Shown: piece after piece, positions 38,613-51,180 of the stretch
Layout of the letters: the number at the start of each line of letters is the position of its first letter
How positions within the stretch are numbered: position 1 is the stretch's first letter
Notes under the pieces: model-generated
Databases searched by the model: none
Seen by the model: the letters and a program-made list of their open reading frames with translations, nothing else
Told to the model about the DNA's origin: nothing
DNA from: Phoronis australis
Lineage: Eukaryota > Animalia > Phoronida
DNA: 64,000 nt
NCBI GenBank assembly: GCA_002633005.1
Contig: NMRA01000145.1
Span: forward strand, 337,898 to 401,897
Direction: 5' to 3'
Program-made: the position numbers and the translations under genes

Positions 38613-41041
38613 TTTTTGTCCTGTTTTGTTTGCACTGTGTGGGATTTCAAATAGTTGATGTTCAAAGTTTTCACACATAACTATGGTAAAGATTCTTAAC
38701 TTAAGGACAAAATATAGAATTTCAATTTCAAAAAAAAAATTTAAGACAATTAGACTTTTTCGATTTCACATTCTCTACAATACTGCAGTCGCCAAACAAT
38801 TAAATTTAGTAAATCTTGCAATAAGGCAAGGATGGTAAAACCTCGTCAAATTGTGACAAAAAAATAATTGTCAAAAGTGCCTTTTTAACTTTTCAAAGGC
38901 TTCTAGCATTGTGAAAAGTTTTTCAAAAGTTTGCTTGATGGTAGCCCCTAGTACAAAACCTGAACATGGAAATTGTGTCCTAAATTGGTGAGATTTTGAA
39001 AATTAGGAAAACAAGGAAATTCCTGTTGTTATTTTACTTACAAATTTGAGACCTTTTACTGTAATCTCAAAATCAATCTATAGTGGAGACAATGCACTAA
39101 TGATCCCTTACCAATTATTGTACATGCTTAACATTTATGAGATAAAAATGAAGATTGAAAGGCTTAAATCCCACATGCAATTATGTGATTCTCTATCAAG
39201 TGCATTCTACTGAGGCGAAAATGAACCTAAATATTTCATGACAATCACAGCCTTGTTGTCCATGAAATCATTTCCAATGCAAAGTGTACATTATGTGCTG
39301 TCAATGAAAAGGAAGCCAGGAGCAATTTAAATCTAGTTGACACATTTCTCGGTACTACCTCAAAACTTATCACTCAAATTGTGAATCGAATAAAGATTAA
39401 CTTGAAGAAAGAAGACTGAAACTTGCAGCATTAAAGTTCATGATGATAAACTGACAAAACACAAAGAAAGAGGCAATGTCCTGATTTCAAAAATGTTTTA
39501 TTTTGTTCACCACGAAAAGTGTCTCACAGTTTCCTGTTCTTCTTCTTTCACAGCTGTACATTAAAAATTAATGCTAAATCTACGGTTTGAGTAAGTGCAC
39601 CTAACTGTCAATGACTCTAACAAAACCTAACATTGTCACAGTTACCATACTTACTTGTTCACCGGGTGAGCTCTGAATACATCACATACTGAACAACTCC
39701 TTAAACACTTAAAATTGAAAAAGAAAAGTGCGGATAACTAACCTTTTCTTTTACAAAAACCAACATGTCACAGAGCGTTGAATAATTCAATCCACCACGT
39801 TTTCTCTCAGATAGATGAACATTCACAAATATGGACCTCAACCAAGAACTAGAAGCTGTATTTTAATGCCGAGACACATGTATTAATCAACAACCTTCTA
39901 CAGTGAGACAGTATTAAGATGTGGAACCTGAGTAAGTCAGATCCTGCTTGAAATGACAACACTCCATATGAGAATCAATAAAACTTAGTACCAGCTCTAT
40001 TGGGGACTTATCTTGCCAGCGGAGAAAACACCGCAAAAACCTCAGAGGTTATACAGGAAATTAAATCTGCACTTCAAGTAATAAAGAAAGATGAAGAAAG
40101 TAGTATTCAAAAGACTCCGAAAACTTGTGCATGCAACGCACCCTAAATATAAAATTACCAGTGGGGCAACAAAAACACAACGTTGTGGATATTCACCTCA
40201 CAAATTTTCAATTTTTTAAATTTGAAACGCCCATGCTCAGTTAAATGCCGACTCTCGAAATACATTATTAGTAACTTTCGGGGATACCAGTGTGAACACC
40301 CACCTACAGAACTTAGCAAAAAATAATGAATCTAATATTCATGGCCAAACTTGTACCTAAAGAAGTAATGCATTGCCTATATTCAGGCAACTGTTTGGCT
40401 CTTGAATGGAAAGTAGATGACTTCAGCTCAACAGCCTAGGATTGTTCCAGTAAATCCACACCTAGAATGTCTTAAAAGTTTCTTTTTGTAGTCCATTCTC
40501 AGTGCCACCTCGAAATTTGAGTTTCTCGACCAGGGCTTAAGCTCAAACAAGAATGGCGTCATTTTCTTGTGGAATGTCAGGATCAGAACAATTCCAATAT
40601 CCGCAATACTAATAACTCAGTATGTAACAAGGAAGAATTACAGTATGGACTAATTAAACACACAAGAAATCAGTCGCCATGGATTCAATAGCACTTTCCT
40701 TGAAGTCAAGGTAAAATAACAACATTTCCATCAAAGTCCTCATATCAAGCGGCTATCAGACCCAGCAAAAAATTCCCACAATAGAAACACTGAAGGTGCA
40801 CCACTATACAGCCCATTTGAAATATTGTTCACAAAATTATACCGTATTTTTGAAAGGCAAACAAGACTTTTTGAGAAATAAGTGTATTAGAGACGGATAT
40901 TTCATGATATACTGAACACAAAATCACAAGTATTAGTCACTTACAGTTACAAGGGTTCCACTGAATAACAGGCATTAAACTCAGGTTCTCAAAATCTGGA
41001 CCCCCATTAGAGACTATCACCCAAACACAAAAGAATGTTCA

Positions 41042-41178
41042 CAGGGGCGCATCCAGAATTTTGAGTTNTAGCCAGGATTTTGCCCGTCAGACATTCGAAC
41101 CCCGAACTGCCAAATGATATCTGGGAGAATTTTAGGGAGGGCCATGAGCCCCTTGGCCCCCCTCTAAATCCGCCATTG
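41042..41178. mobile_element. MITE with CAGGGGCG.ATCC-type ends, interrupted by N gap
   Basis: caggggcgcatccag ... ggcccccctctaaatccgccattg; N at 41068. Confidence 0.5.
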
Positions 41179-41930
41179 GTTCACCATACTGCAATAATGT
41201 TCCCATTGAATTTGTATTGCTTCAACTGCCTCAGGTCAATTTATATGAAACAATTTGCACAAATAGCAAGCTTTCATTTATAGTACGCTGCACTACCAGG
41301 GATTTCCAAAAAAGCACTCCTGGGTGACAGAACACCCCGAGGGGGATCTTTCCGAAAAAAGTGGTGAGTCTCTTTCAGACAAGTAGACGAAGCTGAAGGC
41401 ATTCCGTATTGTAGCTACTGTTATCATAGCTATTGCAGACACATGACATATCAACTAATTATACATCAGTTATTGTCTGTTGGTGAGCTGTCGTGCTCGA
41501 CTGAAGAGATTTGTCTTTTAATGTATTTTCTCAAATTATAATTTAAGGACGTCTAGCCTTGATCTTGCTCCTTTAAATTACCTTCATCTTGTTCCCATTT
41601 TCTATGGTATCTTATGCACACCACAAGTTTACATGAAAGAACTTCCACTGCCTGTTTAGTATCGTAATCTGACGTAAATCAGACACGCAATGTCAATTTG
41701 TTCCAGAACAACTTGCTTTTATACCGGCACTTGCAGCAGCAAAAATGCATCTCGAACACCGTGCACTCAATTTCAGTCATGTAAACGGGGTATCTATAAA
41801 CTGCAAACAAATTGAACACATGAAGAAGCCTACGGTCACCAGGTGGCGCCAGCAAATTAACAGCCCTGCATGTAATTCATGCATTTAGGTCCAGTGAGGC
41901 CCTTATTCCAAAAATGCCTCCATAGAACAT

Positions 41931-42070
41931 GGTAGAGTTCAGTAACACTAGGACCTCACTAAAAAGCAAGACTTCGCGAGATTACATGAGATATATGATG
42001 TATTTTAAGAGACACGTGATTTTGGCTACAGTTTAGCGAGGTCCTAGTGCTAGCATTACTAAATTCTACC
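41931..42070. mobile_element. MITE-like inverted-repeat element
   Basis: ggtagagttcagtaa-cactaggacctcactaaa ... tttagcgaggtcctagtg-ttactaaattctacc. Confidence 0.55.
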
Positions 42071-45000
42071 CTGCTTTCTATTCTAAGTCCATGCAGATAT
42101 TAATAGAAGGCCCCTTGTTCAGTAGTGCCACCTGGTGCAAGTCACTCACTACAGAAATTTGTCCAATGAGAACTTCAAAGAACTGACCTCCGTCACATTT
42201 ACCTTTGTGTAAGAGTCTCTCAGTCACTCAAGACAGATTGCATTTCATGTCATGTAATTCATTGTGTTTCAAAGTAATTACATTATGGCGTATATACTTG
42301 TATCACTTCTTCGTTATTGCTCATATATCACAAAAAATAACAAAAACAAAACATCTTACCTTTAATTTAATCCTGACAGTCACAAGCTGATGACAATTAG
42401 CCATTTACCACTCTTGTCTCCATGGCGATACTGCAAGTATTAAATGATTTTCATCTATAGTTTGTCACCAGAAAGATATATAGAACATCACCATAGCAAC
42501 GCCAAGGCTGCGAAATCTGAAGAGATCTTTGCAGTAAACACATGAAGGCACAGGTAGACAACAAATGCTGACAAAAACAGATAAGATTTCTAAAAGTCTG
42601 ATTTAATCAAAGTGTTAACTGTGCTGACACTTTTGATGGTCGTTATATCTTGTAATCCGAATATTGTTCAAGGATATATCCTGAGATATACACAGTTTAA
42701 TATGTTAAAATATCTTATTTCCCGACTGAAGTTAAATTTCATTCAGGTCAAAACACAATGGCAGGTCCCCAATGAATGTTAACCATTCTATAGGCCTAAT
42801 AAACATGAACACCCAAGGGAGTTATATCATTTTTTAGAAAGTGGTGTTTAACTGAGACTGTCCACTTGTTTTTGCAATGAAAACAAAACCACTCAAAAAC
42901 AACAACAAAGAAAGAACCTTTACATAAATGCAGCTGCTTTTTAAGAGGCTCTCTAACTCACAAAACACAAAATCCTATTTTCTCAATTAATAACAATGTA
43001 AAGTTTGCATTCTTCAATGATAAAACCCATGACATTCACCAGCAACCACCACCCCTCACTACCCCTTCAAAATCCTTCCCACTTACCTCACACAAACTTA
43101 CCCTCTACACCGTGAGCTATTCCTTCTGGGTCAATTTAGATAGCCAACCTATTCCTTCAATTTCAAGAGGTTTTAAGGTCAAGCCTTGAAAACCAACAAA
43201 CAGAGGCAACAGGGAATCCCACCACATGCAGTTCGTGTAGTGAAAATACAAAACTGTATCAAGTTAGCCACGGCAAAGACCGCTGTATTGATTTTTCATC
43301 TGTTCAATTTCCCATGTACTGGCAACTTTAGCTTCTGTTCTGAACACTTACCAGTCATTTTGACAAGTCAAGAGAGGAGGCTTAGAATGACATAGAAAGT
43401 CTGACAAGAAGCCACACTTCTTCCAATTCATGCATTACTTGTATGTTCTAATGTTAAGAGTTTCTGGAGAAGACATGCCCACATCTATTACATTAAGATC
43501 ATGTACATTCAGATGGTATAATTTAATTTGATAACTTCGGCAAATAATTATATATCTTCAGTCAGATGTGAAAATAATTTAGTTTTCTTAACTGTAACAA
43601 TATACGGTAGAAAAGTACTATTTTCATGTATTGTCAAATTTCTAAGCAAAACAAGAAAATTACATCCTTGTTATAAAGGCTCGTTTAGAATACCTGTCAC
43701 CATGGTAAGGCAAAAAAGCATAAATTTGGTTCTGGTCTGTGCTTTTTTGGAAAATTTAGATGGTGGTGCAATGTTCTTTAAGATGACAATTCTTTCAAAC
43801 AAAAAATCTACTTAAGACGAGCAATAATGATACGGGATTTGTTTTTTACTCATGAACTCAATGTACTCATGGTAAATAGTCATTGCTGTGTTACGTGACT
43901 GACCTAGTTTTGAATTGAAGACCATGTGCACCACATTCAAATTCCAGGCATGGGCAACCCTAATAAAATCAACAATTTTCTTGAGCATTTGTTGACCTGT
44001 TGATGGCTTGCATGTTCTTCTTCGTAAAACAATTGTTACCACGGTACGGAAATTTTTGAAACTCATTTTCTAAGAATAAAAGACTCAATTTGCTTTTCAT
44101 TTTTATTTTTAGCCAGCTAAACAAGGCAAAATGTAGCTTTAAAAAAGATTACTCGTTGTTCAACAACCTCACCCACGGAAGAGTATATTAGACATGACAT
44201 TTTGTTTATCTAAATGATATGGGAATGTATGAGATATTATCTTGTTTACTTTGAACTAGTAATTCAAGTGATTAGAGTCTTTTGGTAAATCAATAGAGTG
44301 GTTGACATGCTCCTGGATCTGGCAAATGTTAGGTTCAGATCTGGCCTCACAAACTTTACACACTGTTTAAGATCAGTGTGTGTGAAAAAGTTAGTTCCGA
44401 TCAACTTTGAAAGAAAATCATCTCTGTAATTACACATCCGGTAAATGTCTGGCTCATGCACACGAGCTTCTTTGGAGATACAGCTCGGATCAGTCTTGTG
44501 AGTCTTGTGAAACAATGAAGCAATTGTTTTTGACAAGAAAATCAATCACTCATTTCTTCCATCAAATTTCCTAAAGTGCTCTAAGCTTCAAAATATGGCA
44601 AGCCGTGCTGTGCCATTCTGTGTAATCTGACAGTCAGCAGACAGTCAACTGTCATTCAGCGTGAGACAAGGAGCATTGTGGGTATAAGAACTTGCTTGTC
44701 CTCAAATCTCCTTCATAGATAGCCACAAATGTTGGCTACTTATCAGTCTCTTGCATGCTAACATACACACATGTTATTCTACGGATACCTGGGTGCTCCA
44801 TTCAAATTCATTTAAGGCCAACAGTCCTTTTAAACCAGCATCAGATCCGAAACACATAAGGGATCCCGAAATAGCAACCAACAGGAAATGTGGAACCATT
44901 GGGGGACTACGGAAACAAATACCAAAGCTGAATGTCAGAGCTCCCTTGTTAATTTTGGCCTTCATCAGCCAGACACAAGTACCGAAGCTTCGCTTTTAAA

Positions 45001-48000
45001 TCCTACTGTTTTCAGCGAAGTTTTGGTAGTAGATTAAACTACCGGAGTTAACCTTTCCCACTTATCGAAACTTCGGTAAAAGCGAAGTTTTGCCTCTAAT
45101 AGGAAAGCGACTTTAAAAACAGTTCCTCAGTGATTGGATACAGTTGTGAATCGACTATTGTTGCTTCTGCAGCAATTGAAATGAATCGTACATCCTTATT
45201 TGCAGATGCCATAAAGATCAGCACTTCCCAAGAGTAAAGACAGTGACGATAATTATCACAACATCATCCTATCAGTGGGTACAATAACTGTGGTTTGTTT
45301 ATTGTGCATACCTTCCACACAGTGCAGAAGGCTCTGATGAGCAGTTTGTCTGCGACTGGTAGATCAAGCCTTAGCAGCTTTTAAACAGTATTTTCTGACC
45401 TATGCTTCTCAACAGAAAATTTTTTCATACCGCGAAAATATTTAGACTATGCAACAGTGCTCAGCAAAAATGATGAGTGAAGACTTTTTTGTTGTTCGAA
45501 TGTGGCATTTCTCAGTTGCTGGATTCTAACTTTTGTTATTCGCTAACGGTTTCCAATTCCCATATTACACACTCCCGCTCTACTCCGCCGTGATGTAAGG
45601 TAATATTAATAGTACAATGGTGGCGCACGACGGGCTTCACCATCATTTGTCCTTTAGAATTGTCAGGGAAGGGTGAAATGTGATATTTTTCCAGCTTATC
45701 CACTTCCTTGAATCGGCATTGCATCCCACACCACAGCAGTAAGACGTTCCCGGCATGACATAAATATGATATAAAATATAAAGTATTCAGACGACAGATG
45801 CTAACATTTGAATTTCCATAGGAGCAGAAGCTAGACTGCTGACATGGCTGCCAAATATGGAGGTGTGCCGCTATTTCGTACTTCACGGCAAAGGAGAGCT
45901 ATCAAGGCGGAGGGCTAGAATTATGTTCTACACTGCGGACATAACACCACATATTGTGTTTGGCTTTAAGTGGCTACAAACCCAAATTCCATCTGAGATT
46001 AGCAAATTTTTGTGCTTTTAAAAAAGTTGACCTCAGGTCAGGTCCCCGTCTTCAGGGTATATTGGGTGTGATATCCAAAGTAACACATTTTTGACATCAC
46101 TATACAACTATTTTTGTACACCAACTGCATTTAAACAGTTAAGTCAAAAATTGATACTTTGAAGCTATAATGGTAAAAATTCTTGGCAGGCAGTTGGTAT
46201 TTCATTTTGTCCTTTATCACAACAAAAATATAGAAAATTTTGTTTAAAGCATGGTTTATATCCTACAGCAATTCTTAAATGTACAACACATGGTAACACT
46301 TCAAGTGTACACAGCAATGGAGTGGCAATTAGGAAAATAAACATATAGCACTTCGGCAATAAATTTTTACCAAATTGAATGATTTTTACTGCAATTAATC
46401 ATTAATGACATTCTACCCATACACTCAATCTCTTACATAAAAAATAAACTGGTAGACATGACACACATGGACATGAATAACGTATAACCAAGGCTTAATA
46501 TGATTATGTTGTGCACCAATACTTTTACTGCATTAACACCGCTTATAATGTATAAGGTACCACGCACAGAAAATCAATGCCATGTTGAATGGGTACACAT
46601 AGGACGGAAGTTTGTCAAATAAAGGCATTTGTATCTTGGTTTTAAAGCCAATTCCTAAGCAAGCATTGATTTGGAGCAGTGTTTTAAAAGTCGAAACACT
46701 AATGCGTTAATGCCAAAATTCAAGATCACACATGTATATGTACTCAAACTACCGCCATCTTTTAGCAAAGACTGACCATTGCGCTGTAGACAGAAGAAAC
46801 CGTGTGGAAACTGGTATACAACATAGCCATGTGCCTTCTTTTGTTTATTTACTTTATCAGCAACATATTGAAATTGACTGTCGAATATGCTGAGTGTGAA
46901 CATGCAGTGCCATCTACAGTTTACCGTACAAAAACGAGTAAACTGGATGGAGGTTTAAAACACTGAGCTTCTTTACATTCTTTGCTATTGCCGCGTCACC
47001 AAACCACCTTTGTTACACCATGGAATGCCCTAACAATTCATCTTAATAAAAATTCCAAGATTGCTAAATATCTGTAAATGAAACTCTTCTTTGTTAACTT
47101 TGCGTGTCCTTATAATCAGAATTTGAAATTGGGTCGTTTCTATGCTCTCAGAACATTGAAGAGTTGTATACAGAATTTTTCCAATGAACACTCATGGAAT
47201 TAATAAAGATACAATATTTGGGCACTTCTGCTGTTTTAAAACAGAAGTGAAAACAGCACAAACTCGGAAATAAATTGAGGAGAAATCATGATCTATTAAA
47301 GCCACTAATACCACCATCTTTAAAATCCCATGTTATTAGCTCCAATACACAGCAATACACTTTGAAGACCTGTACTGAGTTTAACAAGTTAAAGCCGCAT
47401 TTTGCCCCGTTTAGCTGGCTAAAAACAAAAAATCAAACCAGGTCTTTTTTCTCAGAAAATCAGTGTCATAATATTCTTTATCGTGATACGATTCTGTTTC
47501 CATTGGCAACTCTGAGGTCACAGGTTGTGCGTACCTGCACCATTTTAAGGCTGGCCAAGCCCAATAAACTCGCGCCATTTCAGAGCTGGCCAAACCCAAT
47601 AAGCTCTGAAGTTGTTAGCTTGAGTTGCTGATACTTTCAAGTTTTTTCTTGATAATAGAAATGCAATCCTATTACTGTAAGAAATGTGATGAAACCGATT
47701 AGATGAGTAAAATGCCCAATTCAAATTTTGTTTTTAGCCAGGAGCTAATAAGCAGCTTTAAGACTTATTCTAATTTTCTTCAGTATATCATGTAGCAGGT
47801 GGAGTTGAATCCATCCGTAGTGAGATGTTTCATAAACTTGATTTATGGTGAAAATTGTTCAGCTTAGGATAAAAACTGGCAGCAAATTTCTCAACAAAAA
47901 AACCCTGAAATTTAACACCATTTTTATGTACACCACAGCTGTCCTCAAACAACTTTTAGTAAATTTTGATTATTTTCAGCAGTGTTTAAGCCTTCAAAAA

Positions 48001-49612
48001 TCCGAAAAGGCCAGTTTAAGCAAAATTTCCAATTGCGAAATTGTTTTCCACACTCTAGTTTGAAGTTAGTGGTTTTGCACTGATTGACCAACTACATGGG
48101 CTCCAATACAAGTACAATGAAATAAGACTGAAAACACACTGCGGTTCAGAAAATTTTATAAGCTGCATATATGCCCTGTTGAGCTGGTAAAATATTAAAA
48201 TCGAATTAGGCATTTTACTCTCATCAAATCGGTCTTGTAATATTCCTCATGAGAGAATTTCATTTCTATTACTTACAACAACATTGCAACCATTGACGAT
48301 TCAAGGAAAGACTTCAGAGTTTACGAGGGTTGATAAACCCTAAGATTGCAGATTGAAAATGGCCCACGTACCCATTGCCTGCGACGTGCCTCGAACTGAA
48401 GATGGGACAAGCTTCGCAATGTTTTTAAACCCAAAAAATTAACATTTGACACATTAACTGAACAGTGGCAAATTGCAGTTTTAAATCTTTTGTGTGATGG
48501 AAGTATAAACTGCAGACAAGAAGAAAAAATCACAGATTAACCAACTTCATCCCTAATCAGACAAACACAGACTTTATCATGTCATATCTATTAACATAAA
48601 CTTACTAGCAGGAGCCCAGAAGTCCAATGTAGAAAAAAAACACCTTGAGACACACTGACTGGGTCTTGACGTAGCTGTATTTGACTAAACTTGTTATCAT
48701 GCATACACAAGTGGCTGAATGAAGTACTGATAACAGAATTTCCAAGCCTAACGCATCTTATCTAAAGTTATTAAACAAATTTTAACGGGTAGTTCTTTCA
48801 CTGGAGTTCAACGTGTAGATTTACGGTTGTGTCATGTTTTTTTTTGTTATTCAAAAGTCTACAAAAGTGACAGACCTTTAAGCAGTTGAAGAGTGGTTAT
48901 GGTGGTGTAGAAATTGACGGGAAGATTTACTGTCTCTAATTAGATATATATATATTTGGGTTTAAAGTTTGCAACTTTGGCTTCACCAAACAGCACTGAG
49001 AGAGCCTTTAAAAGATTGATTCAAATTGCCATTTACAATAGGAGTGTGTGAATAAATCTTGAAAACGTGATGAAAATGGCAAAATATTGAAAATTCTGTT
49101 CCTTCAGAATCAAATTTTGAAATATACAAAAACTAATAAACTCATTATCGTTTAAACATATTTCACAACCCTAACAAAAATACACAGTCACGACTTGATA
49201 CTTAGCATAATGCCTCCTCACTGAATTCGACCTGGCAAAATTCCCAGGTTGTCAAACGAGAACTCAGGCCACAAAATCAAGGTAACCTGGAAGGGGTGTC
49301 GTGAAAGTCATGGCCACCTGCGGAGGATGCACTAGTTGGCAACAGCCAAAAATGAAATAAACGACATACCTGAGTCCAAGGCAAAATACATGTTCTATTT
49401 TAGTCGAATAGAAAACTAATGATTAACTTGTGTGTTCAGTATTGACTAATTCCCCTCGAGCCTGATATCCCATGAAGGCTCACCTGACTCGGGCTCAGAT
49501 AAACGGTACATGTAACTTAAGCATGGCTCATAAAACAGGCCCTTGTCATATTTGCTGAAAGATTCCGATTTCCGTTTGCTAACTTCTTGTAGTATTTTTA
49601 GTATTTGCTTGG

Positions 49613-49613
<1 letters not shown>

Positions 49614-49642
<29 letters not shown>
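49614..49642. repeat. (TG)14 microsatellite
   Basis: Directly visible. Confidence 0.95.
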
Positions 49643-49645
<3 letters not shown>

Positions 49646-51180
49646 CTTTGTTGCAGCTCAGGATTTTTACCAGGTCATAAAACAAAATTTGAGGTCACAT
49701 GGATGACCTACAGGTCACCAAATCGAGTTCTGATGGTGGATATTTATCACATATCTTTGACACAGGAATATCGTAAAAATATTTTCATGGATACCCATAA
49801 AATCAAGCCGACAGAACTGCAATCTCTTCACATCTGTTAAGCTGATGAAATGTGTTCAACCAACATGATAATAAATTTGTATCATAAAATATCAACCATA
49901 AAATACCAACCACGTGTCCTTAAAACAAATTATTTTATCTTCTAGCAGGTGTAGTCTACACACACTACCTTTCACTTCTGACGGCAGTTAGCAACTGTAC
50001 ATTGTAAGAATCAAGAAGTATTGTTATTTCAATCAATTATGGATAAATAGACTGTGCGTTCAATAAACATTATGTAATATTTAATGAAAGTTTCATGAAC
50101 ATCCTGCCACAGGTTAGAAAATCAATCAGAAATATTCAGCTGAAGAGAGCAACAGGTCAATACATGTAAACACTATATGGCAGAGCATACCCTAATTCTT
50201 CAGTTGTATGTTTGAGCAGCTTGTCGCTTATTACATAATCCATGTAATTGCAGAATATCTTTAAACAAAATTGGGATTAAGAGGGGTCCACAAAATAATC
50301 AGCTATTATTGCTGTTTATTCAAAACAGAATTTCATATGGAGAAATATCTGTATGAGCTCCTTTGTTAGTCTATGTTCCTTGTTTTTGGCTAGTGTATTC
50401 CACTCATTGTGCTTTGAGCTATTTTCAACTATCTATTGGATTGAGTTACTACCTGTTATCGTAATTACAGATTTACTGTACTGAGCACTTTTCTAATTAT
50501 AGTGCAATTCACGTTCATACCCGAACTGAGGGTTGCAGTATAATAAATTTGATGTTGATACTGGGCAGTTCACGAGTCTTTTTCTGAATTTTTACGGGAT
50601 TTTTTTACAATTTTTTTCTCACGACTAAGATTAAAACCAGTCACTCTGGAATGTTTGTGTTCTGGGAAAGCTATGCCAAATATTCCGGAAAAAGACTCGC
50701 ATAAACAGGACTCAGTTCCGTAGACAAAATAATGAAACTTAGAATCAATCCCCTGATTCGCTTACAATACTTGAATGTCTTGTGAAGTCTTACCGGTAAT
50801 TGCGAGGTTCTCGCATATGTAACAAACATGCCAGCCCTGATGTTTATGTTAGGCAAGTGAAATAGTAAAAACTTTAAAGTATTCTACAACTTAAAATAAA
50901 ATTCTGGACGATACAATTAACACGACAATAATCAAAATAACAGTCACCAAGATTTTATCCATGCAGGGAGGGATATGATAAGCCAAACAAACTTGAGATT
51001 CCTCATTCCTGCCGCCATAGCGGGCCCTCTTGGAAAGCAGTGCTATCAGAGGCCACCCTCATTTTAAATATCACAATAATAAATCAATAAACATAGCAAT
51101 TAAATGAGGCCAAGCAGGGGGCTGATTGGGAGAGGGGTCCGTTGGACCTTTTCTTCGGTACTGGTTCCACCTGAACAAGG

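Noticed and set aside
39760-40900. Degenerate transposon or coding relic
   Set aside because: Composition looks coding-like, but I found no recognisable RT or transposase motif.
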